Shown: in pieces, positions 46,406 through 56,600 of the stretch
How positions within the stretch are numbered: the stretch's first letter is position 1
Layout: each line of letters opens with the position of its first letter
Assembly: GCA_964651655.1 (NCBI GenBank)
Contig: CAZYVS010000001.1
Span: 77,173-141,172 of the forward strand
Source: an uncultured Candidatus Saccharibacteria bacterium
GTDB lineage: Bacteria; Patescibacteriota; Minisyncoccia; Phycocordibacterales; Zambryskibacteraceae
DNA: 64,000 nt
Direction of reading: 5' to 3'
Made by a program: the position numbers and the translations under genes
Notes under the pieces: generated by a model
Seen by the model: the letters and a program-made list of their open reading frames with translations, nothing else
Databases searched by the model: none
What the model was told of the DNA's origin: nothing

Positions 46406-46480
46406 GCCGCGGTAGCTCAGTGGCAGAGCGCTACCCTGAAGAGGTAGGCGTCGGGTGTTCGATTCACCCCCGCGGCACCA
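46406..46480 (+). tRNA. tRNA-Phe(GAA)
   Basis: GCCGCGGTAGCTCAG..CTACC-CTGAAGA-GGTAG..GTTCGATTC..CCGCGGCACCA. Confidence 0.95.
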
Positions 46481-46484
46481 CTAC

Positions 46485-46739
46485 TTATTTAGAAACATCA
46501 AGCAAGCTTGAAAGTTTGCTTTTGTCAAAGCCGATAACGATATCTTTGTCATCAATCACGATTACCGGCACGCCCAGTTGTCCGCTCTTTTCAACCATTT
46601 CTGTCCTTTTGGCGGTATTGATGCCGACGTTGTAATCGGTAAAGGGAATATTGTTGTCAGTAAAAAATTTTTTAGCCATCTGACAGAAATGACAGCTTTC
46701 AGTTGAATAAATTTCAATTTTTTTCCCATTATTATTCAT
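46485..46739 (-). CDS. Glutaredoxin / NrdH-like protein
   Basis: CHFC, SGQLGVPVI, IGFD. Confidence 0.92.
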   Translation of the reverse strand: MNNNGKKIEIYSTESCHFCQMAKKFFTDNNIPFTDYNVGINTAKRTEMVEKSGQLGVPVIVIDDKDIVIGFDKSKLSSLLDVSK

Positions 46740-47118
46740 AGAACGACATTATAGCATCCAAAAATTTTTTATACCACGGCAAATTTGAGCTATCGGTTGA
46801 AGTGGACGCTCTGCGATCATCAACAATAATCGCCACAAATTCGCCTTCTTGCGTCACGTTAAACTTTTTCCTAATTTCATCTTTGATGCCTTCTTCGGTC
46901 TCCAGACGACGAATATTTTCCCGAATTTCTGATTCTCGAATGACCATGGCTTTCGCTTTCCTCTCCAGGTTTTTTGAATCATTTCTGCTTTCTATTTCTT
47001 TACCCATTATCCCCAGAGTTCCTCTGACAAGTAAAATAGTGATAATCAACAAAACAATGAGTAAGGGGGTGGAGTAAAGAGCGCGTCTGATTCTTTGTTT
47101 TTTCTCAAATATTTTCAT
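46732..47118 (-). CDS. Septum formation initiator FtsB/DivIC-like
   Basis: TM, coiled coil, EIRKKFNV..EGE pattern. Confidence 0.7.
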   Translation of the reverse strand: MKIFEKKQRIRRALYSTPLLIVLLIITILLVRGTLGIMGKEIESRNDSKNLERKAKAMVIRESEIRENIRRLETEEGIKDEIRKKFNVTQEGEFVAIIVDDRRASTSTDSSNLPWYKKFLDAIMSFYE

Positions 47119-47161
47119 ACAACAGATGGAAAAGAGTTACTCCTATGGTAACATAATCAAT

Positions 47162-47266
47162 ATGTTGTTCGACAGAAGGCATAAAAAGAAAGTAAAAACG
47201 GCATGGATGATACTCTCTATTCTAATTATTTTAAGTATGATTTTGCTCTACGCGCCATTTTTCTAA
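47162..47266 (+). CDS. Small membrane peptide (34 aa)
   Basis: MLFDRRHKKKVKTAWMILSILIILSMILLYAPFF: basic N-terminus plus one TM; fills the gap between ftsB-like and lepA. Confidence 0.5.
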   Translation: MLFDRRHKKKVKTAWMILSILIILSMILLYAPFF

Positions 47267-47291
47267 GACTAATCCGGATTTTATCGGCTTC

Positions 47292-49166
47292 TTAACGAGA
47301 CGAGCGAATCATCTTAAGAAAAACGTCTTGAGGAACATTGACCTTCCCTCGTTCTTTCATTTTTTTCTTGCCTTTCTTTTGTTTCTCACGAAGCTTCATT
47401 TTGCGAGTGACATCTCCACCATACATATGTTGAGTAACGTCTTTTTTCATACCGCTTAAAGTACGAGAAGCGACGATTCTACCCATAACTCTTGCTTGGA
47501 TTTTCAAAGTAAACATCTGTCTGGGCAATATAGTGGCCAGTTTCTCCACATCCGATTCGCATTCCGTTTCTATTTGTCGGCGCGAGATTACTTTGGCAAA
47601 TGCCGGAACCACCTCATCGGCTATCAAAATATCTAAACGAGTGACATTGGCTCGTCTTTCGCCAGAAATTGTGTAAGAGATGGAACCGAAACCCGACGTG
47701 ACACTTTTAAGTTTATCAAAAAATCCCCTCATCAATTCGCGCAGAGGCATTTCAAATGTCATAGATGTCCGATTCTCACCGAAGTCTTTTGTTTCCTTCA
47801 ATTCGGCCTCAAACTCATAGAGAAGCTGAATAACGGGACTGATAAATTCTGGAGGAATAATTATCGCGGCTCTCACCCATGGTTCCCAAACCGAATCTAT
47901 TAGATACTCTTCCGGAAAAAAGGAAGGGGTATAGATGTAACCTTCACGGCCGTTCTTGTATATGATTCTGTAAGTGATGCTGGGCAAGGTTATAACCAGA
48001 GATAAATTAAATTCGCGTCTCAATCTTTCGGTAATAATTTCCAAATGAAGCATGCCGAGAAAACCGGTGCGGAAACCTCGACCCAGTACTTTGGAAGATT
48101 CTTCTTCAAACGAAAAGGCGGAATCCGATAATCGTAATTTTGAAAGAGCCTGACGCAGAAGAAAGAAATCAGCCCCGCCTCGCGTCGATGAGCGACCGCG
48201 AGTCGAGGCGGGCTGACTTTCCGGATAGATAGAGGCCCAGACCACCGGCCGAGACTTTTCATAACCGGAGAGAGCTTCAGACGTATCGAGCAAAGAAGCC
48301 ACCGTATCTCCCACGGAAGCAATACCGGGTTCTTTGATACCGGTTACAATGTATCCGATTTCTCCGGAAGATATTTGGTCGGCTTCCGTCTCGTTCGGAG
48401 TCAGAAATCCCACTTCAAGCGCCTGAAACGATCGGCCGGCCGCTTTAAACTTTAATTTGTCGCCCCGATTTACGGAACCATTAAAAACACGGACAAAAAC
48501 AATCACCCCCCGATGGTTAGAGTATTTGAAATCAAAAACCAGAGATTTAAAGGTTAGACCTTGAGAATGGGTATTTAAGGTCTGACCTTGGTGCGGGGCT
48601 GGAATTCGTTTTACTATTTCCTCAAGAAGTTTCTCAACACCTTCGCCCGTTTTCCCGGACACCGGCAGGACGTCTTCCTGTTTAATCTTCAGTAGTCTGG
48701 ATATCTCATCCCGCGTCTCTTCTACGCGGGCTAAAGGAGAATCTATTTTAGAAACGACGGGAATAATTTTGAGCCCGGCGGATTGGGCCATTTCCAAAGT
48801 AGTTAGAGTTTGAGCTTGTACTCCTTGAGTAGCATCCACTAGAAGTATTGAACCCTCTACCGCACGAAGGGCTCTTGAGACTTCATAGGAGAAATCTATG
48901 TGACCGGGAGTATCAATCAAATTTAATATAAAGGTCGAACCTTGGGAATCAGTATTTAAGGTTCGACCTTGGGGAATGTACACCATCCTCACCGGTTGCA
49001 TTTTTATGGTAATGCCGCGTTCGCGTTCCAGTTCCATGGAATCAAGCACCTGTTCGCGCATTTCTCGCTTTTCAATCGTCCCGGTCAGTTCAAGCATTCG
49101 GTCTGCTAAAGTGGATTTGCCGTGATCAATATGGGCGATAATAGAAAAATTACGAATATTATCCAT
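47292..49166 (-). CDS. lepA: Elongation factor 4 (LepA), with three palindromic in-frame insertions
   Basis: IRNFSIIAHIDHGKSTLADR, DTPGH.DF, GFRTGFLGMLH, YGGD.TRK.KL. Confidence 0.97.
   Translation of the reverse strand: MDNIRNFSIIAHIDHGKSTLADRMLELTGTIEKREMREQVLDSMELERERGITIKMQPVRMVYIPQGRTLNTDSQGSTFILNLIDTPGHIDFSYEVSRALRAVEGSILLVDATQGVQAQTLTTLEMAQSAGLKIIPVVSKIDSPLARVEETRDEISRLLKIKQEDVLPVSGKTGEGVEKLLEEIVKRIPAPHQGQTLNTHSQGLTFKSLVFDFKYSNHRGVIVFVRVFNGSVNRGDKLKFKAAGRSFQALEVGFLTPNETEADQISSGEIGYIVTGIKEPGIASVGDTVASLLDTSEALSGYEKSRPVVWASIYPESQPASTRGRSSTRGGADFFLLRQALSKLRLSDSAFSFEEESSKVLGRGFRTGFLGMLHLEIITERLRREFNLSLVITLPSITYRIIYKNGREGYIYTPSFFPEEYLIDSVWEPWVRAAIIIPPEFISPVIQLLYEFEAELKETKDFGENRTSMTFEMPLRELMRGFFDKLKSVTSGFGSISYTISGERRANVTRLDILIADEVVPAFAKVISRRQIETECESDVEKLATILPRQMFTLKIQARVMGRIVASRTLSGMKKDVTQHMYGGDVTRKMKLREKQKKGKKKMKERGKVNVPQDVFLKMIRSSR
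48169..48216. repeat. GC-rich palindromic insertion in lepA
   Basis: TCAGCCCCGCCTCG...CGAGGCGGGCTGA, encoding QPASTRGRSSTRGGAD. Confidence 0.75.
48549..48591. repeat. RAYT2-type REP doublet in lepA
   Basis: AAGGTTAGACCTTG-AGAATGGGTATTT-AAGGTCTGACCTTG (QGQTLNTHSQGLTF). Confidence 0.85.
48929..48972. repeat. RAYT2-type REP doublet in lepA
   Basis: AAGGTCGAACCTTG-GGAATCAGTATTT-AAGGTTCGACCTTG (QGRTLNTDSQGSTF). Confidence 0.88.
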
Positions 49167-49193
49167 ACAAACTTATAGATGATAAGGGCAACT

Positions 49194-50870
49194 TTACACG
49201 ATTTCCGGGTCGGCGGCAATTACTTTTGTTTTCCAGAACTTGCCATGAACGACATCCCAAATTTCGGAAAATTCTTTGTTTTTCAGACTGATAAAGATTA
49301 CCATGCCCGCGCCAATCGCCAGAAAACCGGCCAGAAGACCTTGCAGGAAAATCCCCAAAAGCGAAGTGGTATCTAAAAAAACCGCAAAGATATTGAGTCC
49401 AACGTAAGCAACCGCGCCCATGATAATTGAAGTTCCTAGACATTCAAAAACAGTTCTGACGATACCGCGCGAAAAACCGGCAAATAATCTTTCAAACGCC
49501 AGCCAGTGAATCAAACCGTTTAGAATCGTGGCGATTGAGAAACCGAACGGCAGCATGAGAACAACCGTATCAGGCAGATCTTCCACCCTAAGAAGCGCGC
49601 CAATAAAAAAACGAAACTCTTCCGAAAAATAAAACACCTGGATCAAACCCCAGGCGCCCGCAAACAAAATCAGCGTTGACACAAGATTAATAAAAAACGG
49701 CGTTTTGGTAAAACCGGCGGAGTAGAACCCTCTGATGAACAAAAGCAATAAACATTGAAACATGGACGAGAAGGCAAAAAGCGCCAAACCGGCCGCGGTC
49801 AATCGGGTATCATCCCAGCCGAAGAGTCCGGAACCAAGGACCACTCTCACAATTTGCGCGCGCAAGACGATAAACAAGGCCGAGAGCGGCAACGACCAAA
49901 AAATAATAAACCGGGCGGTAACCATCATTTGTTTTTTGAAAGCCTCCAGATTATTCTCTTTAAAACGTCTGGAAAGAGTCGGAAAAACCGCCAGAGAATA
50001 TGAGACGCCGATAATAGAAAGCGGCACGGATTGAAGATTGAAAGAAAGAGAAAGAACCGAGATTGAACCGGCAGACATCAGAGACGCCAAGGAAACCAAA
50101 AAAATCATAGAGAGGGCGCTCATTGATAAGGTGAGCGTCCGAGGCATAGAAATTTTTACCACTCTGGCGATAAGGGCCAAGTTAAATCTGAAAGAAAATC
50201 TGGGAAAGAGACCTCGCTTGATTATAAACGGCGTCTGGATCAGAACATGCAAACTGGCTCCTATAATAACGCCGATAGCCACACCCATAACGCCCAGGCG
50301 CGTGGAAATAAAGATGATGCCGATAATAATGCCGGCATTGTATAAAAGCGGAGCAAGGGCATAGATAATAAATCGATTGTACGCTTGAACTAAAGAGCCG
50401 AGCAGATTTGAGAAACCTAAGATGATCGGCGAAAGAAGCAGAATCCGAGAGATGAAAACGACTTCGATCAGAGCCGTATCAGAAAAACCTTTGAATAATA
50501 TCTTAGAAACGGCGGGCATAAGAAAAAATGCCAAACCTGAAATCGCCACGATAATAATTGAAAAGAAAGAGAAGACACTATTGATAAAATTCCGCAACGC
50601 TTCCGGCCCGCGGCTCTCTTCTTCTATAATGAAAGGTATGAGAACCGAAAGAGAAACCACCGAGGCCACAGTTACAAAAATAAAATCCGGAATGCGAAAG
50701 GCGGCATAATAAATATCAAGCGCCGCTCCGGCGCCGAAGATGTGCGCTAAAAGTCTGTCTCGCAAGAAAGCCAAGACTTGAGACAAGAAGGCAAACAATC
50801 CCAGCAAAAGAGCGGCTTGATTTATGGTATTTGTCTCTCGATAGAGAAAACCTAAAATCTTCCGAACCAT
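49194..50870 (-). CDS. murJ: Lipid II flippase MurJ
   Basis: RDRLLAHIFGAG..LD.YYAAFRIPD, P.S.IGVS...A.FP; multi-TM. Confidence 0.93.
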   Translation of the reverse strand: MVRKILGFLYRETNTINQAALLLGLFAFLSQVLAFLRDRLLAHIFGAGAALDIYYAAFRIPDFIFVTVASVVSLSVLIPFIIEEESRGPEALRNFINSVFSFFSIIIVAISGLAFFLMPAVSKILFKGFSDTALIEVVFISRILLLSPIILGFSNLLGSLVQAYNRFIIYALAPLLYNAGIIIGIIFISTRLGVMGVAIGVIIGASLHVLIQTPFIIKRGLFPRFSFRFNLALIARVVKISMPRTLTLSMSALSMIFLVSLASLMSAGSISVLSLSFNLQSVPLSIIGVSYSLAVFPTLSRRFKENNLEAFKKQMMVTARFIIFWSLPLSALFIVLRAQIVRVVLGSGLFGWDDTRLTAAGLALFAFSSMFQCLLLLFIRGFYSAGFTKTPFFINLVSTLILFAGAWGLIQVFYFSEEFRFFIGALLRVEDLPDTVVLMLPFGFSIATILNGLIHWLAFERLFAGFSRGIVRTVFECLGTSIIMGAVAYVGLNIFAVFLDTTSLLGIFLQGLLAGFLAIGAGMVIFISLKNKEFSEIWDVVHGKFWKTKVIAADPEIV

Positions 50871-50876
50871 TTCAGA

Positions 50877-53195
50877 TTAAAGCGAATTTAATTGTTTACC
50901 TAACGCTTCCAACGCGGCGCGAACTTCTCCGCTATCCGGATTAGTCAACAAAAGCGCCTCAAATTGTGTTTGCGCTTCGTCTAATCGTCCGAGTTGAACA
51001 AGAGTCAAGCCCAAATAATATTTGGCATTGGCGTAATCGGGAGCGGAAGCTAGCGCGAGATTAAGGGCTTCCACGGCGCCGTGATAATCTTTGTTTGAGT
51101 GCTTCAGCAAACCCAATTCAAAATAGAGACCGGGATTATTGGGCATCAAAACGGCCAGTCTTTCGACAGAAGCAATGGCCCCGGCCGTGTTCCCCGCCTG
51201 GACCTCAAGTTGAGCCAGCAGAAAATAAGCGTTGGCATAATCTTCTTTAAGAACAATAGACTTTCTAATAAACGAGCGCGCCGTTTCTTTATCGCCACGG
51301 TTGAGTTCAAGCATGGCAAGTAAAAGCGGCAATTCCGGGTTGGCAGGGTTTCTCAAACGCGCTTCCGAATAAGCAAATTGGGCATTTTCATAAGCCCCTT
51401 CAACCGATAACGGCGGCGACACAAGCGCGCTGTAAATAACACCCAAAGCCACCCAGTTGTTATAACCAGCGGGATTGAGACTGACGGCCAGCTTGGCGGC
51501 GCTGATGCTGTTTCTTAAGGCCTTTTCAAAAATTGCCTTATTTTCCTCCCGGACGCCGGTGGTGGCGGAAGCGGCGGCTTGAGCTTGAGCAAAGTTGACG
51601 CGCGAAAGAGCGGCATAATATTTATCTACCGGAGAAAACTTAATGGCGCTGTCAAGTTTACTTTCTATTTCCGTAAGAGAAACATCGGCAGTATTGGAAA
51701 GATCAACCGCCTTTTTGAAATAGAAGGCCGAAACGGTTCTATTAAAACCTGCCCAACCAAGAAAAAGGGCGCCCAGCGTCACGACCACTATTAGGGTGGT
51801 TGAGACAAAACGAATTTGCGGAGTCTGATTAAGATTGATGACGCGAACGGAGACAATGCCGGTCTTTACGCCGATAGCCACAAAAATTCCAGTAAATAAA
51901 AAAGTAAGTATCAGTAAGGTTATGGATGGAGTATATAGAAAACTTGAGAACCATAACAGAACAGTTAGAAGAAGAGTGGCAATCAGGACAAAACGCTCAT
52001 CTCTGGATTCCGGCATATGACTTATTGACTTCACCGCCAAAAAGACCAGAAGAATGAGAAGCACTATCCACAACACCGAGCCAAGAAGACCGGTGGCGGC
52101 TATTTGCGTCGGTATAAATCCGATACCAAAAGGAAAGGCCGTAGCCCAAAAAGGAGTGGTGTTCACATCAACCGACTTATAAATCAACCAATCCCTCCCG
52201 AAAGTATTCGGGCCGGATCCCAGAAGTCCGTCTTGAGATAATACCGCTTTCGAAACGCCAAGAGTGGCGGATAAGGAGGGACGGACATCAATGTTTTGAA
52301 CCTTAAAAACGCCGGAGATGATGTCGCTCAACGTGCCTGGTTGAGTCAAGAAGGGAATAGTCGGGTTAATCAGATAAACAAGAGAAATAATACCGAGAAC
52401 AATCGGCAGAAAAGTCGGCTTAAGGAAAAAAGACGTTGGTGTCGACGAAGAAGTAACGACCGGGTTGAAGAAATGTATCTCTACCTTTGAAAAATAGAAA
52501 AACAGAAAAATAGAAACGATCAAAGTCAAAACGAAGGCGGTAAAAAAATTAACAATGACAAGAAGAACCGCTCCAAACACGAAAGCAACATAGCCAAGAA
52601 TCCTAAAGGAAAGTTTCATTGGAATCATTCCGAGCGCCAACATCACAATAGCGGACATTAACCCGAGCGAAACGGCTAAATCGGTCCAATTGCCTATCGG
52701 ATTGCCAGTTTTACCAAAGAAATTTCCCCAAACCAATAGGTCGGCGCTTAAAAGAATTTTGACGGTTACAAATAAGGTGATGATGGCCATAGAGATAAAA
52801 AGGACACCCAAGGCTTGGAGAATACGGGAAGTGTCTGAAAATATTATCGCCGTCAAAATTAAGATAATAAAACCGAGAAGCATAAAACCAAAAGTTCCCA
52901 CCTCAAAGTTATAACCCAATAACGCCAGCGAGGAAGGGGTACTCAAGACGGCAGATAACGCATAAACCAAAGGCAAAAGAACTACCGCAAAGATAAACGG
53001 GTGCCAGGGAATTTCCAATTTTCTCTCTTGCCACAGTTCATAGAGAAAGACCAAAACTGCCGCGATGGTCCCAAACACAAAGAGAGCCGATTTGGCCACC
53101 TCTAGAGCCAGGGCCCCTCCGGGAATAAAAAATATCGGCAGTAGAAATAGAAGCGTGAGGATGATAAGGAAACTGATTTTGTGAGTTTGTGACAT
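50877..53195 (-). CDS. Multi-TM membrane protein with C-terminal TPR repeats (O-antigen ligase-like architecture)
   Basis: About 12 TMs, LLGSGPNTF motif, TPR-like repeats (YANAYFLLA, PDYANAKYYLG). Confidence 0.8.
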   Translation of the reverse strand: MSQTHKISFLIILTLLFLLPIFFIPGGALALEVAKSALFVFGTIAAVLVFLYELWQERKLEIPWHPFIFAVVLLPLVYALSAVLSTPSSLALLGYNFEVGTFGFMLLGFIILILTAIIFSDTSRILQALGVLFISMAIITLFVTVKILLSADLLVWGNFFGKTGNPIGNWTDLAVSLGLMSAIVMLALGMIPMKLSFRILGYVAFVFGAVLLVIVNFFTAFVLTLIVSIFLFFYFSKVEIHFFNPVVTSSSTPTSFFLKPTFLPIVLGIISLVYLINPTIPFLTQPGTLSDIISGVFKVQNIDVRPSLSATLGVSKAVLSQDGLLGSGPNTFGRDWLIYKSVDVNTTPFWATAFPFGIGFIPTQIAATGLLGSVLWIVLLILLVFLAVKSISHMPESRDERFVLIATLLLTVLLWFSSFLYTPSITLLILTFLFTGIFVAIGVKTGIVSVRVINLNQTPQIRFVSTTLIVVVTLGALFLGWAGFNRTVSAFYFKKAVDLSNTADVSLTEIESKLDSAIKFSPVDKYYAALSRVNFAQAQAAASATTGVREENKAIFEKALRNSISAAKLAVSLNPAGYNNWVALGVIYSALVSPPLSVEGAYENAQFAYSEARLRNPANPELPLLLAMLELNRGDKETARSFIRKSIVLKEDYANAYFLLAQLEVQAGNTAGAIASVERLAVLMPNNPGLYFELGLLKHSNKDYHGAVEALNLALASAPDYANAKYYLGLTLVQLGRLDEAQTQFEALLLTNPDSGEVRAALEALGKQLNSL

Positions 53196-53251
53196 GGCAG
53201 ATACTTTTAAATCAACCCTTGTTAATATTTATATATTAACATATAATGAAG

Positions 53252-53572
53252 AAGGTGTCGGATAGTTGCCCCGATATTATGTCGGGGAGGAAAGTCCGAA
53301 CATTCGTTGTGAGATGTCGCACATGTGCAATTTCACAAAAGGGTAGCAGGTAACACCTGTCGGGAGTAATCCTAGAGATGCGAACAGTGACGAAGCCGGC
53401 TTGCCTCGCCTTGGCGGGGTGAATCCGGAGTGAAACGGCAAAATTCTTACCTGAATGCAAGGCCGTGTCCCGATTCACCATGTGTGAATCGTGGAAGTGC
53501 CGCTATAGGTTCTAAGCGATTAGAATCACAGATAAATAACTATCGACAACAGAATTCGGCTTATAGACACCC
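53252..53572 (+). ncRNA. rnpB: RNase P RNA
   Basis: GAGGAAAGTCC near the 5' end, GTGAAAC, ACAGAATTCGGCTTA near the 3' end; P1 GGTGTC/GACACC; TATAAT upstream. Confidence 0.95.
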
Positions 53573-53604
53573 AACCCCGCCCCGACATATGTCGGGGCGG
53601 GGTT
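53573..53604. terminator. Bidirectional terminator hairpin
   Basis: AACCCCGCCCCGACA-TA-TGTCGGGGCGGGGTT then GTTTTT. Confidence 0.8.
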
Positions 53605-53628
53605 GTTTTTACGCAAAATTTGCATTAT

Positions 53629-56600
53629 CTACCTTGCTAGCTCCAAATATTTATCCCTCGATAAAGACCCGAAATATCCAACCGAGGGAACGACATTATT
53701 AGATCGTTGCCACCTTGAGAGAGCGTTTCTAGTCGCCGGGCCAAAATAATTACTCTCGTTACCAAAAGAACCCGGACCAGAAAGAGAGACGGTAAAACCA
53801 CCGGCGTTCAAATATTTTTGTAAGCACCTGACGTCTTCTCCCACAGAACCAAGCGTCAAGTTTCTATTAAATGAACATGTGGACAACAATATTGGGGGTT
53901 GTCCTTGGCTGATTAGCGCGTTATTTATTAGGATTCGCAATTCAGCAATTTTGGCCGAGAGTATAACAATCTTTTGGTCTGTAGTTAAAGAATTGAAATT
54001 AGATGGCAGAAGTCCGACGGAAGTTGTAACAGAACTGGCGGATGAAGAACCACTACTACTACGACTACCACCCCCGCCCCCTCCACCACCACCTGAAGAT
54101 TGAGCTTGGGATATCGGCGTGGGAGTAGAAGTGGGTGCGGAAGTTGAAGATGAAGCCGGGGCGGTAAAGCTGACCGTTGCCGGGTCAGAGTAATTATTCT
54201 GATCATCTACAACGAACAAGGAATAGTAGTAGACAGTGCCAGGAGTAACATCCTTGTCTGTGTAAGTGTTACCAGTCGTAGTGGCTATTTGTGATAGAGA
54301 GTCATAGGAAGTAATAAAACCTGTAATGGAGCGCAGAATGGCGACACCGACATAACCGGGGAAACTTACTTGGGGCCAGGTTAAGATAATAGAACCGGGA
54401 GTAACAGTGATGGATGAGATGGCGGGAGGTTTGGGTCTGACTTCAAAGATTAGGTTGGCTGAAGTGCCAGTTACGCTAGAAGCAGCCGATGCCGCTCTTA
54501 GATTATATGGACCTGGAGTAAGTCCTGATAAGGTGACGCTATGAACAGTAGTTAAGGTGGAATTCGTCGGTGATGATCGACCATAAGCAGACGTGGCGCC
54601 ATAATCAACCCAGGTAGTGGCTGGTACATTGGTGGACCAGGTGACAGTAGCCGTGCCTTGACTGATAGAGACTTTGGGACCAGAAATTATCGGAGCAGAT
54701 GGAGAAGAAGTAGGAGTTGCTTGCGGTGAGCTTGTCGAATCCGGAGTTGGAGTTGGAGTCGGCGTGGGGGTAGGAATTGAGGTAACTGATCCCAAAGGAA
54801 CAAGCTCAATTTTATCAGCAATAAGCGTGCCTGTGTTTTGGTAGTTGCTATTGATATTGACAATGGAATAAGCTCCGGCAGAAGAAGAGGTGAATGTGAA
54901 GTTGGTTGTTGCCGAGCCGAAAGCCGGAATAGTGACGGATGACATCGGATACCATGTTCCTGCCGCTCCGGAGGAAATTCTGTCCGGGTCGGTAAAGCTG
55001 ATATTGGGGGTGAAAGTGATGGAAGAGGAAGTATTGTTGTACCAGGTTGCCATTATCTTTTCTCCCGAAGAAAATGTTCTTGTTGAACCGGTTACTCCCT
55101 GATAGTTGTAAGTCCAGTTGTCGCCTACTACTATAGCTGTCCCTCCGGGACCGATAGCTCGGTAATCAGTGTAGATGTCTTTGATAGGCGTTGACCAGCC
55201 GCTTAAGCCAAAAATATTTTGCGCGCTAGTCGAGCCGAAGTTAATAAGAGTAATTATCCCGCCAGAAACTGGAGTTGGCGTAGGCGTTGGGGTTGGTGTT
55301 GGAATTGGCGTAGGAATCGGTGTTGGGGTAGGAGTTGGTCCGCCAGCTGGCGGAGGAGTTGGAGCAGAAGATAGCGCAGTTCCGCTTGGGTCCGCAATCG
55401 GATTTCTTGAAATAATCAAATCATCGTACCAAGTGTAAGCGGTCGGGTGGACTTGGGAGCTGTCTTTGCCGGTATGATATGGAAGCAACCATATTTTCCC
55501 ATAGCGCATATCTTCAGCGGCAGACCCCGCAGAAAGAGCATACGGCCCCCAGTTAAACACTTGCACCGGGGGCTGTCCTTCGCGCGACACCCATAAATCC
55601 ACATGACTATCCCTCCATTCATCATTGACTCTAGGCCCGGTATGAATATGGGCCTGAAAAGTCATCCACTCACCGGCAAAATATTTAAAACAATTGCCCG
55701 GAGGATTGGTTTGGGCCGCGCCTAACTTCCAATTTTGGGAGTACAGGCAATATGGCGACGGCATGGCATTTTGCAACTTGAAATCGTAACTGCCAAAAAG
55801 CTCCTGAAAAGGATCGTATGCTCCATGCGAAGCTGAACCGGTGCAGGAGTTATACATGGCCGGGAAACCGCGCAAATTAATATTCTGCACTACGGTTTCT
55901 AAGGCCGTACATGAAGAATAGAGCGCACCGGGCTTATCGCCGGCGCTAATAATTAGCTGTTTCCAGCCAGCGGCAGGCAAATAGTTTGTAGAAATAAATT
56001 CCGGCGAGAATTTCTGCCTCCATTGCACATAAAAATCCGAGTTTTCTCCAAACCGAATGGAAAGATCGGGTGAAAAATTCGCAAACCACTGGCCGGAAGC
56101 ACCCGAACCTGATTGCGATGGAATGATAAATTTCATTGAGCCTCCGCCGTCCGCAGAAGTTGTCAAATCAATCGTCGGGGTAAGTCCGCCTGAAGTGTTA
56201 TTAAACGCGCCGACGTTTGCTCCGTAAGCATTGGATCCAACAACTCCGAGATCAGCGCTTGAGTCAAAACTAAAACATCTGATAACGCCGGCGGCACTAC
56301 AGCGGGCTTGGAAATCAGAAGATCCTAAAATTGGAGTAGGTGTTGGAGTGGGGGATGGCGTGGGCGTTGGTGTTGGTGTTGGAGAAGGAGTTGGTGTAGG
56401 TGTAGGAGTTGGCGTAATAACTGTTCCCGAACTCGCTGAATGTTTGTATAGATAGACTCTCCCTCCGGATGAACTACCCGCCTGGACAAACATGATAACG
56501 CCGTAATTTGAAATTGGAACAGCTATGGTTTCGGTCACGCCTCCCTCCGGTCCCGGAAAAATAGGACTTGTTCTGTTAATGGTAGACCAAACGTTTGTAG

